Assembly (NCBI GenBank): GCA_963785305.1 | Contig: CAWAUV010000008.1 | Span: 224,001 to 288,000, forward strand | Origin: an uncultured Planctomycetaceae bacterium | GTDB lineage: Bacteria; Planctomycetota; Planctomycetia; Pirellulales; PALSA-1355 | Direction: 5' to 3' | DNA: 64,000 nucleotides | In this document: positions 37,976-48,918 of the stretch, one piece after another | How the letters are laid out: the number at the start of each line of letters is the position of its first letter | Numbering within the stretch: the stretch's first letter is position 1 | Translations under genes and position numbers: made by a program | Notes under the pieces: model-generated | Told to the model about the DNA's origin: nothing | Databases searched by the model: none | Seen by the model: the letters and a program-made list of their open reading frames with translations, nothing else

Positions 37976-39006
37976 GCGTCGGCTTCCCGTTGACTGGAGG
38001 ACGTGCGTTCCGTGGCCCGGCGGTCGCCCGTGGTATCGCGAGCGCCGCGGCTACCAAGCGTGGCTCGAGCGCCGCCGCTCGAAACTGCGGCTGGAGCGCC
38101 GCGGCTTTCGCGCCAGGCCTGAAACACCAGCCGCATTTTCTTGAATTTGCCCACGCGCGGCCGCCCGGCCCATACGTTGTAATCCACGGCCCGAACCGCC
38201 GCCACCGCGCTCAATCCGCCGAGAATAAAGAGCGCGATATCGAACCGCAACTCTCGGGGCACATGGCCGACGAGCGGCCAGCCGCGCTGCAAAAAATTCT
38301 CTGCCCGATCGACTTCGCCTCGCAGCGCGCGGCGAAAGGCGGCGTTGTCTTCTCGGCGGGCAAACATCGCTTCCGTGTAGCCGGCGGCTTGCCACGACTC
38401 TCCCGGCAGGTAGACCCGCCCACGCTGCCAATCGCCCGCCACGTCTTGGCAAAAATTCGCCCACTGGAGCCCGGTGCAAATCGAATCGCTTAGCTCACCG
38501 GTTTCCGGCGCGTGGCTTCGGGCCAGGCACAGCACTAGCCGTCCCACGGGATTGGCCGAATAGCGACAGTAGTCCATCAGCTCGTCGACCGTGGCATGGC
38601 GAAATGTTTGCTGATCGCGGCGAAAAGCGATCAGCAAGTCGGCGAACAAATGACGCGGAATGTCGAACTCGGCGATCGTGCCGGCAAGCGCGATGAACAC
38701 CGGATGCTCGGGCCGGCCGGCATAGCAGGCGTCGAGCTCTTGCTCCCAGCCATCGAGCAGGTCGAGGCTTCGCGCGGGGTCATTGGTTTCATCGGCCAAG
38801 TCGTCGGCCCAGCGGCAGTAAGCGTAGACGTGGTAAAAATGCGGCCGCAGCGCCGGCGGAAGCAGCCAACTGGCGACGGTGAAGTTCTCGTAATGGGCCT
38901 CGGCCAGCCGCCGGCAATAGTCGCTCGCCAACGACGTGGAGCAGCCGCGCTCGGGCAGCGCGAGTCCGGCGGGCAGCGGCGAGCAAGGAGTTTGCGAGTG
39001 CGCCAT
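37972..39006 (-). CDS. hpnC: Squalene synthase HpnC
   Basis: HYENFTVAS, YAYCRWADDLADE, YCRYSANPVGRLVL, SDSICTGLQWANFCQD. Confidence 0.9.
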   Translation of the reverse strand: MAHSQTPCSPLPAGLALPERGCSTSLASDYCRRLAEAHYENFTVASWLLPPALRPHFYHVYAYCRWADDLADETNDPARSLDLLDGWEQELDACYAGRPEHPVFIALAGTIAEFDIPRHLFADLLIAFRRDQQTFRHATVDELMDYCRYSANPVGRLVLCLARSHAPETGELSDSICTGLQWANFCQDVAGDWQRGRVYLPGESWQAAGYTEAMFARREDNAAFRRALRGEVDRAENFLQRGWPLVGHVPRELRFDIALFILGGLSAVAAVRAVDYNVWAGRPRVGKFKKMRLVFQAWRESRGAPAAVSSGGARATLGSRGARDTTGDRRATERTSSSQREADA

Positions 39007-39180
39007 GCGATGATTCGCCGGTCGAGTGGGTTGGCCACGAAGGGAACAATAAATTATGATGCATTCGCGACGCCAGCCCAACCCTGGCGTCGCGGTCCAT
39101 CGAGAGATTCGAGAATCCGCCGCGCGCGTCGGCGGCGGTTTGCGTTCCGGTCCGTCATTGCTTGCGAGAGGTTATCGGCC

Positions 39181-40116
39181 GTGAGAATTATTTTGGCAAG
39201 TCCCCGCGGCTTTTGCGCGGGCGTCAACATGGCGATCGACACGCTCGAACTCGCGATCAGACTTTTTGGCGCCCCGGTCTACGTGTATCACGAAATCGTA
39301 CACAACAAATACGTGGTCGATCGGTTTCGCTCGCTCGGAGCGGTGTTCGTCGACCATTTAGACGAAGTGCCGCACGGCGCCCATCTGCTCTACTCGGCGC
39401 ACGGCGTGTCGCCCGAGATTCGCCGGGTGTCGACGGAGCGAAATCTCAAAACGATCGACGCCACCTGTCCGTTGGTCACGAAGGTGCATCTCGAAGCGGT
39501 GCGCTACGCCAAGCAAGGCTACACGATCGTGCTCATCGGCCACGAAGGCCACGACGAGGTGATTGGCACGATTGGCGAAGCGCCCGAGGCGATCCTTTTG
39601 GTGGAGTCGGTCGAGGATGTCGAGCGGCTGGAACTCGCGACCTCGAAACTTGCCTATCTCACGCAGACCACGCTCAGCGTCGACGACGCGAATCGCATTA
39701 TCAAGCGATTGAAAGAGCGATTTCCGCATATCGTCGGCCCGCCGAAAGAAGACATTTGCTACGCGACACAGAACCGCCAAGAGGCGGTGCGCATGCTCTC
39801 GCGCGACGCCAATGTGGTGCTCGTGCTCGGCAGCCAAAACAGCTCGAACAGCCAACGGCTCGCCGAATTGGCCCGGGAAACAGGGGTCAAAGCGTATCTG
39901 ATCGATGGGGCGAACGATATTCGCCTCGAGTGGTTCGCGCCGCAAGACACGGTGCTGGTCACGGCCGGAGCGAGCGCCCCGGAGCAGGTGGTCGATGAGT
40001 GCGTGGGGTTTCTCAAGGAGCGGTTCGGCGCCACGGTGGAATTGAAGTCGATCCGCGAAGAAGACGTGTACTTTCCGCTACCGAAAGAAATTCGGCGCTT
40101 GGCGGCCAATGCGTAA
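39181..40116 (+). CDS. ispH: 4-hydroxy-3-methylbut-2-enyl diphosphate reductase
   Basis: PRGFCAGV, IVHN, SAHGV, DATCPLVTKVH, DICYATQNRQ, NSSNS, TAGASAP. Confidence 0.96.
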   Translation: MRIILASPRGFCAGVNMAIDTLELAIRLFGAPVYVYHEIVHNKYVVDRFRSLGAVFVDHLDEVPHGAHLLYSAHGVSPEIRRVSTERNLKTIDATCPLVTKVHLEAVRYAKQGYTIVLIGHEGHDEVIGTIGEAPEAILLVESVEDVERLELATSKLAYLTQTTLSVDDANRIIKRLKERFPHIVGPPKEDICYATQNRQEAVRMLSRDANVVLVLGSQNSSNSQRLAELARETGVKAYLIDGANDIRLEWFAPQDTVLVTAGASAPEQVVDECVGFLKERFGATVELKSIREEDVYFPLPKEIRRLAANA

Positions 40117-40289
40117 GGGCGCCTAGCGCAAAAGCGGGCCGCGGACGCACGGAGAGCGGACACTGCTAGAATGGATACTGCCAGACTGGGCGCCGCCAGC
40201 GCATCGGCAAACCGGCGTGGCGAATATCCCGCGCATAGCCACGCGATCTTCCAATCCGCGGGGCAAAAGCCCAATCAGGCCGACGCGAT

Positions 40290-40508
40290 TCAGCGCACGT
40301 CGATCGAATTGACCACTTCGCAAACACCGGCCACGGCGCGAACCACTTCTTGGGCCAACTGCTTGTGATAGAAGCTCGACACGCGCCCCGAGATGAGCAA
40401 CGACTGCCCCACCTGTTGAACGCGGAGCTCCCTGAGGGCAAAGACCGGGCTTGCTTGCAAGGCTTCTTGCGCTCGCGGCTCGGTGACTTCGACAGAAGAA
40501 TTAATCAT
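40290..40508 (-). CDS. Small BON-domain protein
   Basis: LISGRVSSFYHKQLAQEVVRAVAGVCEVVNSIDV. Confidence 0.75.
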   Translation of the reverse strand: MINSSVEVTEPRAQEALQASPVFALRELRVQQVGQSLLISGRVSSFYHKQLAQEVVRAVAGVCEVVNSIDVR

Positions 40509-40951
40509 CTTGGAAATCCTTCCTTGGTGTGCTGGCGCGGCAAAACGACGATTCCATCGGCCGGAAATTCCGTCGGCATGCCTCGCGGGGGCACGCCGCC
40601 TCGACCAAACTCAGAGGCGGCGGGTTCTCGATTCCTAGCGTCGCACATCGCCACGCGGCCAAAACCACGTTCTCGGCGTACCTGTCAATGTAGTGGTCTC
40701 GAAAACGGAAAGTCAATCCCGTGAAGGGTTAATTTTGCGAAAACTGCTCGCGAATTCGCCCCACGGTTCCGGATTTTCCGCGTTAAATGGGCGGGCTCGC
40801 CCAAGTGTCGCGAAGTGTCGCAATTCCCCCGAAACGATCTTTTCTCGACGGGGGGTTTTCCATAGAATCCTCCCCGCTTGCGGGTCCCCATCCAGAAACG
40901 CTACTCGCTGTTGGCGTTTTGCATCGACATCTTCCACGGCCATAACGACTT

Positions 40952-42150
40952 ATGATGGAATGCCTTGCTTCATTCTGGAAACCGGCCGCGCTGCTCCTTG
41001 CCGCGGGCTTACTGGTCTTCGCGCCGGGCGAGCCACCGCCCAATTGCGCGTGCCGGCGCGAGTGGCCCAGCAACCGCGCGCGGGCGACGCCGCCAGTCCG
41101 GAGCGAGCGCCGACGGCGGGCCCCGCCGCGACGCCGGCCGACGAAATGCAATGGCATGGCGCACCGCGGATTGCTCCAGTTCGGCAGCCCAAGCAACCCT
41201 TTGTCTTAACGCCGGAACAAGAACAGCAACTGAATGAAGCGCTGAAAAAATGGGAAGAAAACAGCGATAAGATCAAATCATTCAAATGCCGCTTCAAACG
41301 ATGGGATTACGATCCGAGCGGCTTCGGGGATCCGCGATCCGGTTACCTAAAAAGCGAGGCCGAAGGCGAACTGAAATACTGGGCGCCCGACCACGGAAAA
41401 TATCGCTTGCTCAAGGCCGAAGACCGGGTTCCGGGCGCCGAGAATCAACCCTTTGTCAAGAAGGAACGCGATGCGACGGAGCTCGAGCACTGGGTTTGCG
41501 ATGGCGAATCGATCTTTGAAGCCAAGGTCGCCACGAAAGAGCTGATTCAACACAAGCTGCCCAAGGAACTGCGAGGCAAAGGCATCACCGACGGCCCCCT
41601 GCCGTTTGTCTTCGGCGCCAAGGCCGATCAGATTCGGCGGCGATATTTTATTCGCCTCGTCACTCCGCCCGAGGAGAAGGGCAAGCATGTGTGGCTCGAG
41701 GCATGGCCGAAGTTTCAGTCCGACGCGGCCAACTATCAGCGGGTGACGATCTCGCTCTCGGAGCCCGACTACGCGCCCCATGCCTTGCAAGTGTTTCTCC
41801 CCGGTTCGCCGGCTCCGGGCACGGCGCTGGCGAATGGCCAGACGGCAAATGATAACCACTGCAATCGCACGGTGTATTTGTTCGAATCCCCGCTAATCAA
41901 CGACAAATTCGGCTTTGTGAAGTTCGATTGGCTCCCGCCCTGGGTACCGCCGACTTGGAAGAAAGTCGTTGAAGAAGCGCCCGGCGACGGTCCCGAAGCC
42001 ACCGCCGGCGCTCCGCCAACCTCCCCCGGCGCGGGGGCGGCGGGATCGCCAGCCAGCGGAAGCGCGACGCCGGCGCCCGGCGCAACTGGCGCTCGACCGC
42101 TCGCGGCGCCCTTGCCGCAAGCGGGCCGCCCTTTGCCGCCGCGCCGCTAA
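40952..42150 (+). CDS. Planctomycete TIGR03009-like exported protein (frameshift in the signal region)
   Basis: LKKWEENSDKIKSFKCRFKRWDYD, EHWVCDGESIFE, GPLPFVFGAKA; signal-like start in ORF 40952. Confidence 0.7.
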
Positions 42151-42369
42151 GGCGCCGGAATTCAATAACTTCCCGGGCGCGACTGGCGCCCGTGCATAGT
42201 GCCGATCCATTCCGGCATTTCTCGCGATTCTCGATCGCCGCGGCGCCCAAGAGCGCCGCTTCGCCGATCGCGAATTTGACTCCCCGGCGCGAAGCGCTAT
42301 AATCATGGTTGCTTTTGCTCTAAGTGCAGGATCACGATAGCGTTATCGCGTCTTTTCGGTGCTGTCTTC

Positions 42370-44742
42370 ATGAGCTCGCCGAAGTTCGTTCCGCGTGACC
42401 GGCTTAGGAATTCGCCGCATGTCGCGCTCCATGGGTTCGTCGCCACCGCGGCAATCGTTGTTTTTGCCGCCATCGGCGGGCGATCACGAGCGGCCGATAT
42501 ACCACCACCGGCCGACGATGCGAAACAGGTCGACGCGGCGGCCCCCGCGCCCAAGGCGCCGGCCGCAATGTCGGAGCGGTTGGCCCGCGTGATTCGCGTG
42601 CAAGCGCCGATCAGCGGCAATGTCGACACCACGGTTCGCCGCGCCGTCGAGCGGGCGATCGTGGAATTGCGCGCCGCGGCCAACTCGCCGGCAGGCGACG
42701 CCAGGGCCGGCGACGCCGCGGCGGGACCGGAGCCCGCGCCTCGCAAGCAATCCGCCGAGCGGCCGGTGCTCGTGCTCGAATTCGTTCCCCGCGATGGCGA
42801 CGGCGGCGAGGGCAGCAACTTTGGCCGAGCCTACGATCTTGCCCAGTTTCTCGCCGGTCAGGATTTGAGCGGCTTTCGCACCGTGGCCTATCTGCCGCGC
42901 GGCATTCGTGGCCATGCGGTGCTCGTGGCGCTGGCCTGCGAAGAATTGATCATGGCGCCCGACGCCGAGCTCGGTTCGGCCGGCGTCGATGAAGCCCGGC
43001 AGCGAGGCATCGATCCGACCCATCGAGCCGCCTATCGGCAGATCGCCTCCGAGCGGCGCACCGTGCCGCCCGAGGTGGCGCTCGGCATGCTCGACAAGGA
43101 CCTCGAAGTGCTCAAGGTCGACACCGAAGTCAGCACCGAATATGTGTTGCGGCAAGACCTCGACGCGCTTTGCGCCAAGCATCAGATTCGCTCGGAAACA
43201 GTCATCAAGCGGCCGGGCGAACTGGGCCGCTTCTCGGGTCGCGAGGGTCGCGAGCTCGGCTTTGTGCGCTATCTGGCGGCCGACCGCTCGGCGCTCGCCA
43301 AATCGCTCGATGTTCCGGCCAGCGCGCTGGAAGAAGACCCGTCGCTGGGCGGCGAGTGGCGACCGGTGCTCGTGGTCCTCCGTGGTCCGCTCACGGGTCA
43401 GCAAACCTCGCGCGTCCAGCGCACGATCGAAGAAAAGATCCGCGACGAAAACGTGAACTTCGTGTGCTTGCGCATCGAGAGCGAGGGCGGCGCGATGGCC
43501 GATAGCATGACGCTCGCCAATTACATTGCTGGGCTCGATCGCGGCCAGATTCGCACCGTGGCCTATGTGCCCACCCAGGCACTGGCCGACGCCGCGCTCG
43601 TGGCCGTGGCCTGCGATGAGCTCGTGATGCAAAAAGACGCCCTGCTCGGCGGCGCGGGACCCGAAATGGTCGGGGCCGATGAAATGCGGCTTGTGCGAGA
43701 GGGTGTGCGCGAAAATCTGGCCAAGAAGAAGGAACGTCCCTGGTCGATCCCGGTGGCGCTGGTTGATCCGGGATTAAGCGTGTTTCGCTACGTGAATGTG
43801 GACAGCGGGCGGACCGCCTATTTCTCGCCCGAAGAAGCGGAAGAGCAGCCTGACCGCAAACAATGGAATCGCGCGGAAGAAATCACCGTGAATGGAACCG
43901 CCCTGCAGCTCGACGGAGCCAGGGCCGAAGTGCTCGGCGTGGCAAGGCATGTGGTCAAGGATTTTGACCAGCTCCGCGAAATATATGGCCTGGATGGCGA
44001 CATCACGCAGGCCGAGCCCAGTTGGGCCGACTACTTGATCGACGCGCTTGCCTCGCCGGCGGTCGCCTATCTGCTGCTTTTGATCGGCGGCGCCGCGTTT
44101 TTGGTCGAGTTGCAAGCTCCCGGCATCGGCGTGGGCGGATTCGTGGCGGGAGTGTGCTTCCTGCTCTATTTTTGGAGCCAGCACCTGCATGGCACGGCCG
44201 GATGGCTCGAGGCCCTGCTGTTTTTGGCCGGTGTCTGCTGCTTGCTGCTCGAGGTATTCGTGCTGCCGGGCGTGGGTGTCTTTGGGCTCGGCGGCGGGAT
44301 GCTCATTATCGTGTCGCTGGTGCTCGCCAGTCAGACATTTATCATTCCGCACAACGAATACCAGCTCACGCAACTGCGAGATTCGCTGCTGGGGCTGAGC
44401 GCCGTGGGCGCGGGCGTGGTGGTGTCGGCGCTTTTGATGCGCCGGTATTTGCCCCGCTCGCCGATTTTCAAGCACATTATGCTCGAAGCCCCCTCGGGCG
44501 AAGAGCTCGCCGATCTCGACGCACGCGAATCGCTGGTCGATTTCAGCCATCTGATCGGGCAGCAAGGTGTTGCGGTCACTCCGCTTATGCCCTCGGGCAA
44601 GGCCCGGTTTGGCCAGCAGGTGGTCGATGTGATTTCGGCCGGTGGCGCCATGTCGCGAGGCGACTCGCTCCTGGCCCATGAGGTGCATGGCAATCGCGTC
44701 CTAGTGCGTCCGGCCGAAACATCGCCTAAAATGGAAAGCTGA
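42370..44742 (+). CDS. Long NfeD-family protein (two ClpP/crotonase-like domains, TM region, OB fold)
   Basis: Duplicated RTVAY(L/V)P...ACxELxM motifs; ELQAPGIG, LLEVFVLPGVG; C-terminal GVAVTPLMPSGKARF. Confidence 0.8.
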   Translation: MSSPKFVPRDRLRNSPHVALHGFVATAAIVVFAAIGGRSRAADIPPPADDAKQVDAAAPAPKAPAAMSERLARVIRVQAPISGNVDTTVRRAVERAIVELRAAANSPAGDARAGDAAAGPEPAPRKQSAERPVLVLEFVPRDGDGGEGSNFGRAYDLAQFLAGQDLSGFRTVAYLPRGIRGHAVLVALACEELIMAPDAELGSAGVDEARQRGIDPTHRAAYRQIASERRTVPPEVALGMLDKDLEVLKVDTEVSTEYVLRQDLDALCAKHQIRSETVIKRPGELGRFSGREGRELGFVRYLAADRSALAKSLDVPASALEEDPSLGGEWRPVLVVLRGPLTGQQTSRVQRTIEEKIRDENVNFVCLRIESEGGAMADSMTLANYIAGLDRGQIRTVAYVPTQALADAALVAVACDELVMQKDALLGGAGPEMVGADEMRLVREGVRENLAKKKERPWSIPVALVDPGLSVFRYVNVDSGRTAYFSPEEAEEQPDRKQWNRAEEITVNGTALQLDGARAEVLGVARHVVKDFDQLREIYGLDGDITQAEPSWADYLIDALASPAVAYLLLLIGGAAFLVELQAPGIGVGGFVAGVCFLLYFWSQHLHGTAGWLEALLFLAGVCCLLLEVFVLPGVGVFGLGGGMLIIVSLVLASQTFIIPHNEYQLTQLRDSLLGLSAVGAGVVVSALLMRRYLPRSPIFKHIMLEAPSGEELADLDARESLVDFSHLIGQQGVAVTPLMPSGKARFGQQVVDVISAGGAMSRGDSLLAHEVHGNRVLVRPAETSPKMES

Positions 44743-44893
44743 CCACGAACCGGCGCGGGCCGGTTCGCCGCTTCAACCGGTTGCGACTCGCCCGGCGGTC
44801 TAGGTCGACTAGGCGGTGCGCGGAGCTTGCCTCGCCCGGGTGAAACCGCCGAAGCGGAAAAAGTTGGCTTTTTATCGCGATTGGTCGCCACGC

Positions 44894-45478
44894 ATGGACC
44901 CAATTGTTTGGTCGATTTTGCTGATGGCGCTCGGGCTATTGCTCGTGGGCGTGGAGATGTTTATCCCGACTGCCGGCATTCTGGGCGTGATTTCCCTTGC
45001 GGCGATCCTGGTATCGATCTCGCTGGCGTTCTATTATCGGGGCTTGGAAGTCGGGTTTGTGTTTGTCGTGTTCGCGGCCGTGGGTGTGCCGGCGGTGCTG
45101 ATGGTGGCGTTTCGTTTGTGGCCACGAACTCAGCTCGGGAGACAATTGCTGCTCCAAGTGCCCGATCCCCAAGCCGTGTTGCCCAACTCGCCCGAACGGC
45201 GCAGGCAACGCGAACTCGTCGGCAAGCTTGGCGTGACGCGAACACTGATGCTGCCAAGCGGGGCGGTGATGATCGGCGATGAACTGGTGGACGCCATTAG
45301 CGAAGGACTCCCGATCGAAGCGGGGCAAGTGGTCAAAGTGATCGAGGCTCGCGGCGGTCGGGTCGTGGTGCGACCGGCCGACCCCGAGGAAACCGAAGCG
45401 CCGGCAAAATCAAACGATGTTCTCTCGCAATCCATCGAAACCCTGGGCCTCGACCCGTTCGAAGACCCGCTCGTATGA
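44894..45478 (+). CDS. Short NfeD-family membrane protein
   Basis: EMFIPTAGILG, LVGKLGVTRTLMLPSGAV, DAISEG. Confidence 0.82.
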   Translation: MDPIVWSILLMALGLLLVGVEMFIPTAGILGVISLAAILVSISLAFYYRGLEVGFVFVVFAAVGVPAVLMVAFRLWPRTQLGRQLLLQVPDPQAVLPNSPERRRQRELVGKLGVTRTLMLPSGAVMIGDELVDAISEGLPIEAGQVVKVIEARGGRVVVRPADPEETEAPAKSNDVLSQSIETLGLDPFEDPLV

Positions 45479-45573
45479 CAACCGGCGCCGCGGGGCCCTG
45501 GGTCGCCGGCACTAACTCGTTTTCCCAGGCAATTCGCCGCGGACTTTGAATCTCGAAAGGACACGTCTCGAAC

Positions 45574-46621
45574 ATGTCGCTCCTCGCCGCCGGGAATCCC
45601 CTGTGGACCATCGTGACGATCGCGGTCATTTTTGCCGTCATCGTGTTTTGCATTATTATGCTCGCCGTGTTTGCCCGCTATGTGAAGCTCTATATCCAGT
45701 CGATCACGACCGAGGCCAAGATCGGAATCCTCGATCTGGTGGGCATGAAGCTTCGCCGGGTGGTGCCCGAGGTGATCGTGCGCTCGAAGATCATGGCGAC
45801 CCAAGCCGGACTGACCGACGAAGCCGGCATTACCAGCAAAGCGCTCGAGGCGCACTATCTGGCCGGCGGCAATGTGCCGCTGGTGGTGCGGGCAATCATC
45901 GCGGCGCGCAAGGCCAAGATCATCGACCTCGATTTCAAACTCGCCAGCGCCATCGATCTCGCCGGACGCAATGTGCTCGAAGCGGTGCAAACGAGCGTGT
46001 ATCCCAAGGTCATCGACTGCCCGGCCCGGAACTCGAGCCGCGAGTCGCTCGACGCCGTGGCCAAAAACGGCATTCAACTCAAGGTCAAGGCGCGGGTCAC
46101 GGTGCGAGCCAATCTCAATCAAGTGATCGGCGGCGCCACCGAGGAGACGATCATTGCCCGCGTGGGCGAAGGCATCGTCGAGCGCGATTGGCTCGGCGGA
46201 CTCGCACTGCGAAGTGTTGGCCAATCCCGACCGAATCTCCAAGGCGGTGCTCGCCCGCAAGCTCGATTCGCAAACCGCCTTCGAGATCGTGTCGATCGAC
46301 ATCGCCGATATCGATGTGGGCGACAATATCGGCGCCCGGCTCCAGGCCGATCAGGCAGAGGCGGATACGCGCGTCGGCCGGGCCAACGCAGAAGGCCGCC
46401 GGGCGATGGCCGTGGCCCAGGAGCAAGAAATGCTCGCCGGCATGGAGGAGAGCCGGGCCAATGTGCTCGAAGCCGAAGCGCAAGTGCCCCTCGCGCTTGC
46501 CGATGCCTTTCGCGCCGGCACGCTCGGCATCATGGACTATTACAAGCTCCGCAATCTGCAAGCCGATACCGACATGCGCAAAAGCATCGCCGGCAGCGCA
46601 ATCAAGGCCGAACTCAAATAA
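45574..46621 (+). CDS. floA: Flotillin-like protein FloA (YqfA) (frameshift near 46185)
   Basis: [73 protein letters not shown]. Confidence 0.92.
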
Positions 46622-46637
46622 GGACCGGACGCAAACA

Positions 46638-46670
46638 CCCCTCTCCCTTTGGGACAGGGTAGGGCGAGGG
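46638..46670. repeat. REP-like hairpin CCCTCTCCC/GGGACAGGG
   Basis: Same core as the interior of the 15671 and 48637 elements. Confidence 0.55.
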
Positions 46671-46758
46671 TCCCTCTGCTTCATTGCGAGAGGTGGCGAG
46701 AGGGCCGAGGAACCAGTCAGTCGTTTTCAGTTCGTTTTCTAGCGAAGGATCGTCGTCG

Positions 46759-47551
46759 ATGCCTATTTACTTGCCGACTCCACTGGCCGATGTCGCTGAT
46801 CTCTTGAAGGGATTGTTGCCGTTGGTGGTCTTTCTCTTGGTGGTGTTTTACATGGTGGGCGACAAGAAGCTTAAGAGCCAGCGCATGGCTCAGCGCAAGC
46901 CGCCGCAGCCCATTCGCCCCGCGCCGGGTCGCTCCGACATGGCGCAAGCCAACCGCGCAGCGCCGCCGCCCGCGGGCCGGCCGGCGCCATCGGTCCAGTC
47001 GCGCGCCGCGCCCCGTGCGCAACGAAGAGATCGAGGAGTTTCTGCGCCGCGCCGCTCTGCAGCGCGGCGAGCGTCCCGCGGCGCCCCGGGCCGCCGGCGC
47101 CGAGCGCAAAAGCGACCAAGCCCAAGCCGCTCGATTGGCGAACCAGCGCGGTGGAGCGCGTCCGGCGGTTCCCAGACCCGGCTCGCGCACGGCGGAAACC
47201 GAGCGAACGGCACCGCCGAGCGGGTCGCTTACTTCACAAGATCGCGAATCCACCTCGCGGCTGGCGAGCAATGTTTCCACCCGGCTTTCGACCGATCAAT
47301 TCGCCACCCGCGCCGCCGACATGACCGCCGACCTCGCGCGGCTCGATCTCGAACGCGAAGCGCGATTCAAAAAGACATTCGACCACCAGCTCGGGCAACT
47401 CGGCTCGCTGCCGGCCGACAAGCCCACGGGCTCGACGGCAAAGCCTGCCGTCACGACTCCCGCGGGCTTGGCTGGCCTCTTTGCCGGCGGTTCGCTACAA
47501 CAAGCGTTTGTGCTGAGCGAGATCTTTCGGCGCCCCGAGGATCGCTGGTAG
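46759..47551 (+). CDS. Hypothetical membrane-anchored protein in the YqfB position (frameshift near 46990)
   Basis: N-terminal TM, EIEEFLRRAA, C-terminal LQQAFVLSEIFRRPE; follows floA. Confidence 0.6.
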
Positions 47552-47692
47552 CGCTCGCGCCGCTCGGCGGCGGCCCCTATCGAATGCGCCGCCCGGCGGA
47601 GCCACTTGCTGGTGATCCCCGTTTAAACGCCGGTTTACAGCGGCAACAAACTCATTTCATCTATTCGACGATTCCACGAAAGCGGAAAAAAG

Positions 47693-48610
47693 ATGGCGGT
47701 TGCTCGTGTGGCGCCGGGGGAGACTCGGCTGGGCTGGATCGGCGCGGGCGTGATGGGCACAAGCATGTGCGGCCATTTGATGAACGCCGGATTTTCCATG
47801 ACCGTGTTTACTCGCACCCGCTCCAAGGCCGAGCCGCTGCTCGCTCGCGGCGCCCGCTGGGCCGACACTCCCAAAGCCGTGGCCGAGGCGTCGGATATCG
47901 TGTTTGGCATTGTCGGTACTCCGGCCGATGTGCGCGAGGTGTTCTTGAGCGAGACGGGCGCGCTGGCCGGCGCCCGCGCCGGCAGTGTGCTGGTCGACAT
48001 GACCACAAGCCAGCCATCGCTCGCCGAGGAGATCGCCACCGCAGCCGAGAGGCGCGGCGTGGTGAGCCTCGACGCGCCGGTGTCGGGCGGAGATGTCGGC
48101 GCCCGCGAGGCGCGGCTTTCGATCATGATCGGCGGCGACGAACAAGCCGTCGCCGCGCTCGATCCCTGCTGGCGGGCGATGGGCAAGACGATTGTCCGGC
48201 AAGGGGGGCCCGGCGCCGGCCAGCACACTAAAATGGTCAACCAAACCCTGGTCGCCGCCGGCATGATCGGAGTGTGCGAAGCGCTGCTCTATGCCTACAA
48301 GGCCGGCCTCGACCTGGAAACGGTGCTCGAATCGGTCACGCCCGGCGCGGCCGGAAGTTGGTCGCTCTCGAATCTCGGACCGCGGATCATCGCCGGCAAT
48401 TTCGCTCCGGGCTTCGCCGTGGAGCACTTTATCAAAGACATGGGAATCGCGCTCGAGGAATCGCGGCGCATGGGGATCGCGCTGCCGGGCCTCGCGTTGG
48501 CGAATCAGTTGTATTTGGCCGTGGCCGCCCAAGGCCACGCCAAGAACGGCACCCACGCCCTGGCGCTGGCCCTGGCGAAGCTTTCAGGCATCGACTGGCA
48601 AAAACGTTGA
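47693..48610 (+). CDS. NAD(P)-dependent beta-hydroxyacid dehydrogenase family protein
   Basis: [47 protein letters not shown]. Confidence 0.92.
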   Translation: MAVARVAPGETRLGWIGAGVMGTSMCGHLMNAGFSMTVFTRTRSKAEPLLARGARWADTPKAVAEASDIVFGIVGTPADVREVFLSETGALAGARAGSVLVDMTTSQPSLAEEIATAAERRGVVSLDAPVSGGDVGAREARLSIMIGGDEQAVAALDPCWRAMGKTIVRQGGPGAGQHTKMVNQTLVAAGMIGVCEALLYAYKAGLDLETVLESVTPGAAGSWSLSNLGPRIIAGNFAPGFAVEHFIKDMGIALEESRRMGIALPGLALANQLYLAVAAQGHAKNGTHALALALAKLSGIDWQKR

Positions 48611-48636
48611 ACCACCGGGGGACCCGCGTTGCACAA

Positions 48637-48722
48637 GAGTCTATCCGACGACTCCCCCCTCTCCCTTTGGGAGAGGGTAGGATGAGGGAGGCGAGGGCTA
48701 GCGGGAGTTCTCGGATAGGCAC
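48637..48722. repeat. Inverted copy of the GAGCCTATCCGA MITE/REP-like element
   Basis: GAGTCTATCCGA...CCCTCTCCCTTTGGGAGAGGG...TCGGATAGGCAC. Confidence 0.7.
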
Positions 48723-48744
48723 TTAAAATCGTGGAGCATCCCAA

Positions 48745-48826
48745 GCGAGAGTGGCGGAACTGGCAGACGCGCTGGACTTAGGATCCAGTGGGGCAACCCG
48801 TGCAGGTTCGATTCCTGTCTCTCGCA
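48745..48826 (+). tRNA. tRNA-Leu (anticodon TAG)
   Basis: Acceptor GCGAGAG/CTCTCGC, D arm TGGCGGAACTGGCAGAC, anticodon arm CTGGA-CTTAGGA-TCCAG, long variable arm, GGTTCGATTCC; CCA not encoded. Confidence 0.95.
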
Positions 48827-48918
48827 TTCTCAACGCCGACAACGACTTGCGTCGATTTCCTTGCTCGCCTTGAGGTCCGGAAAGAATCCCGACACTCGAT
48901 AAACACTCAAGCGGGGAT

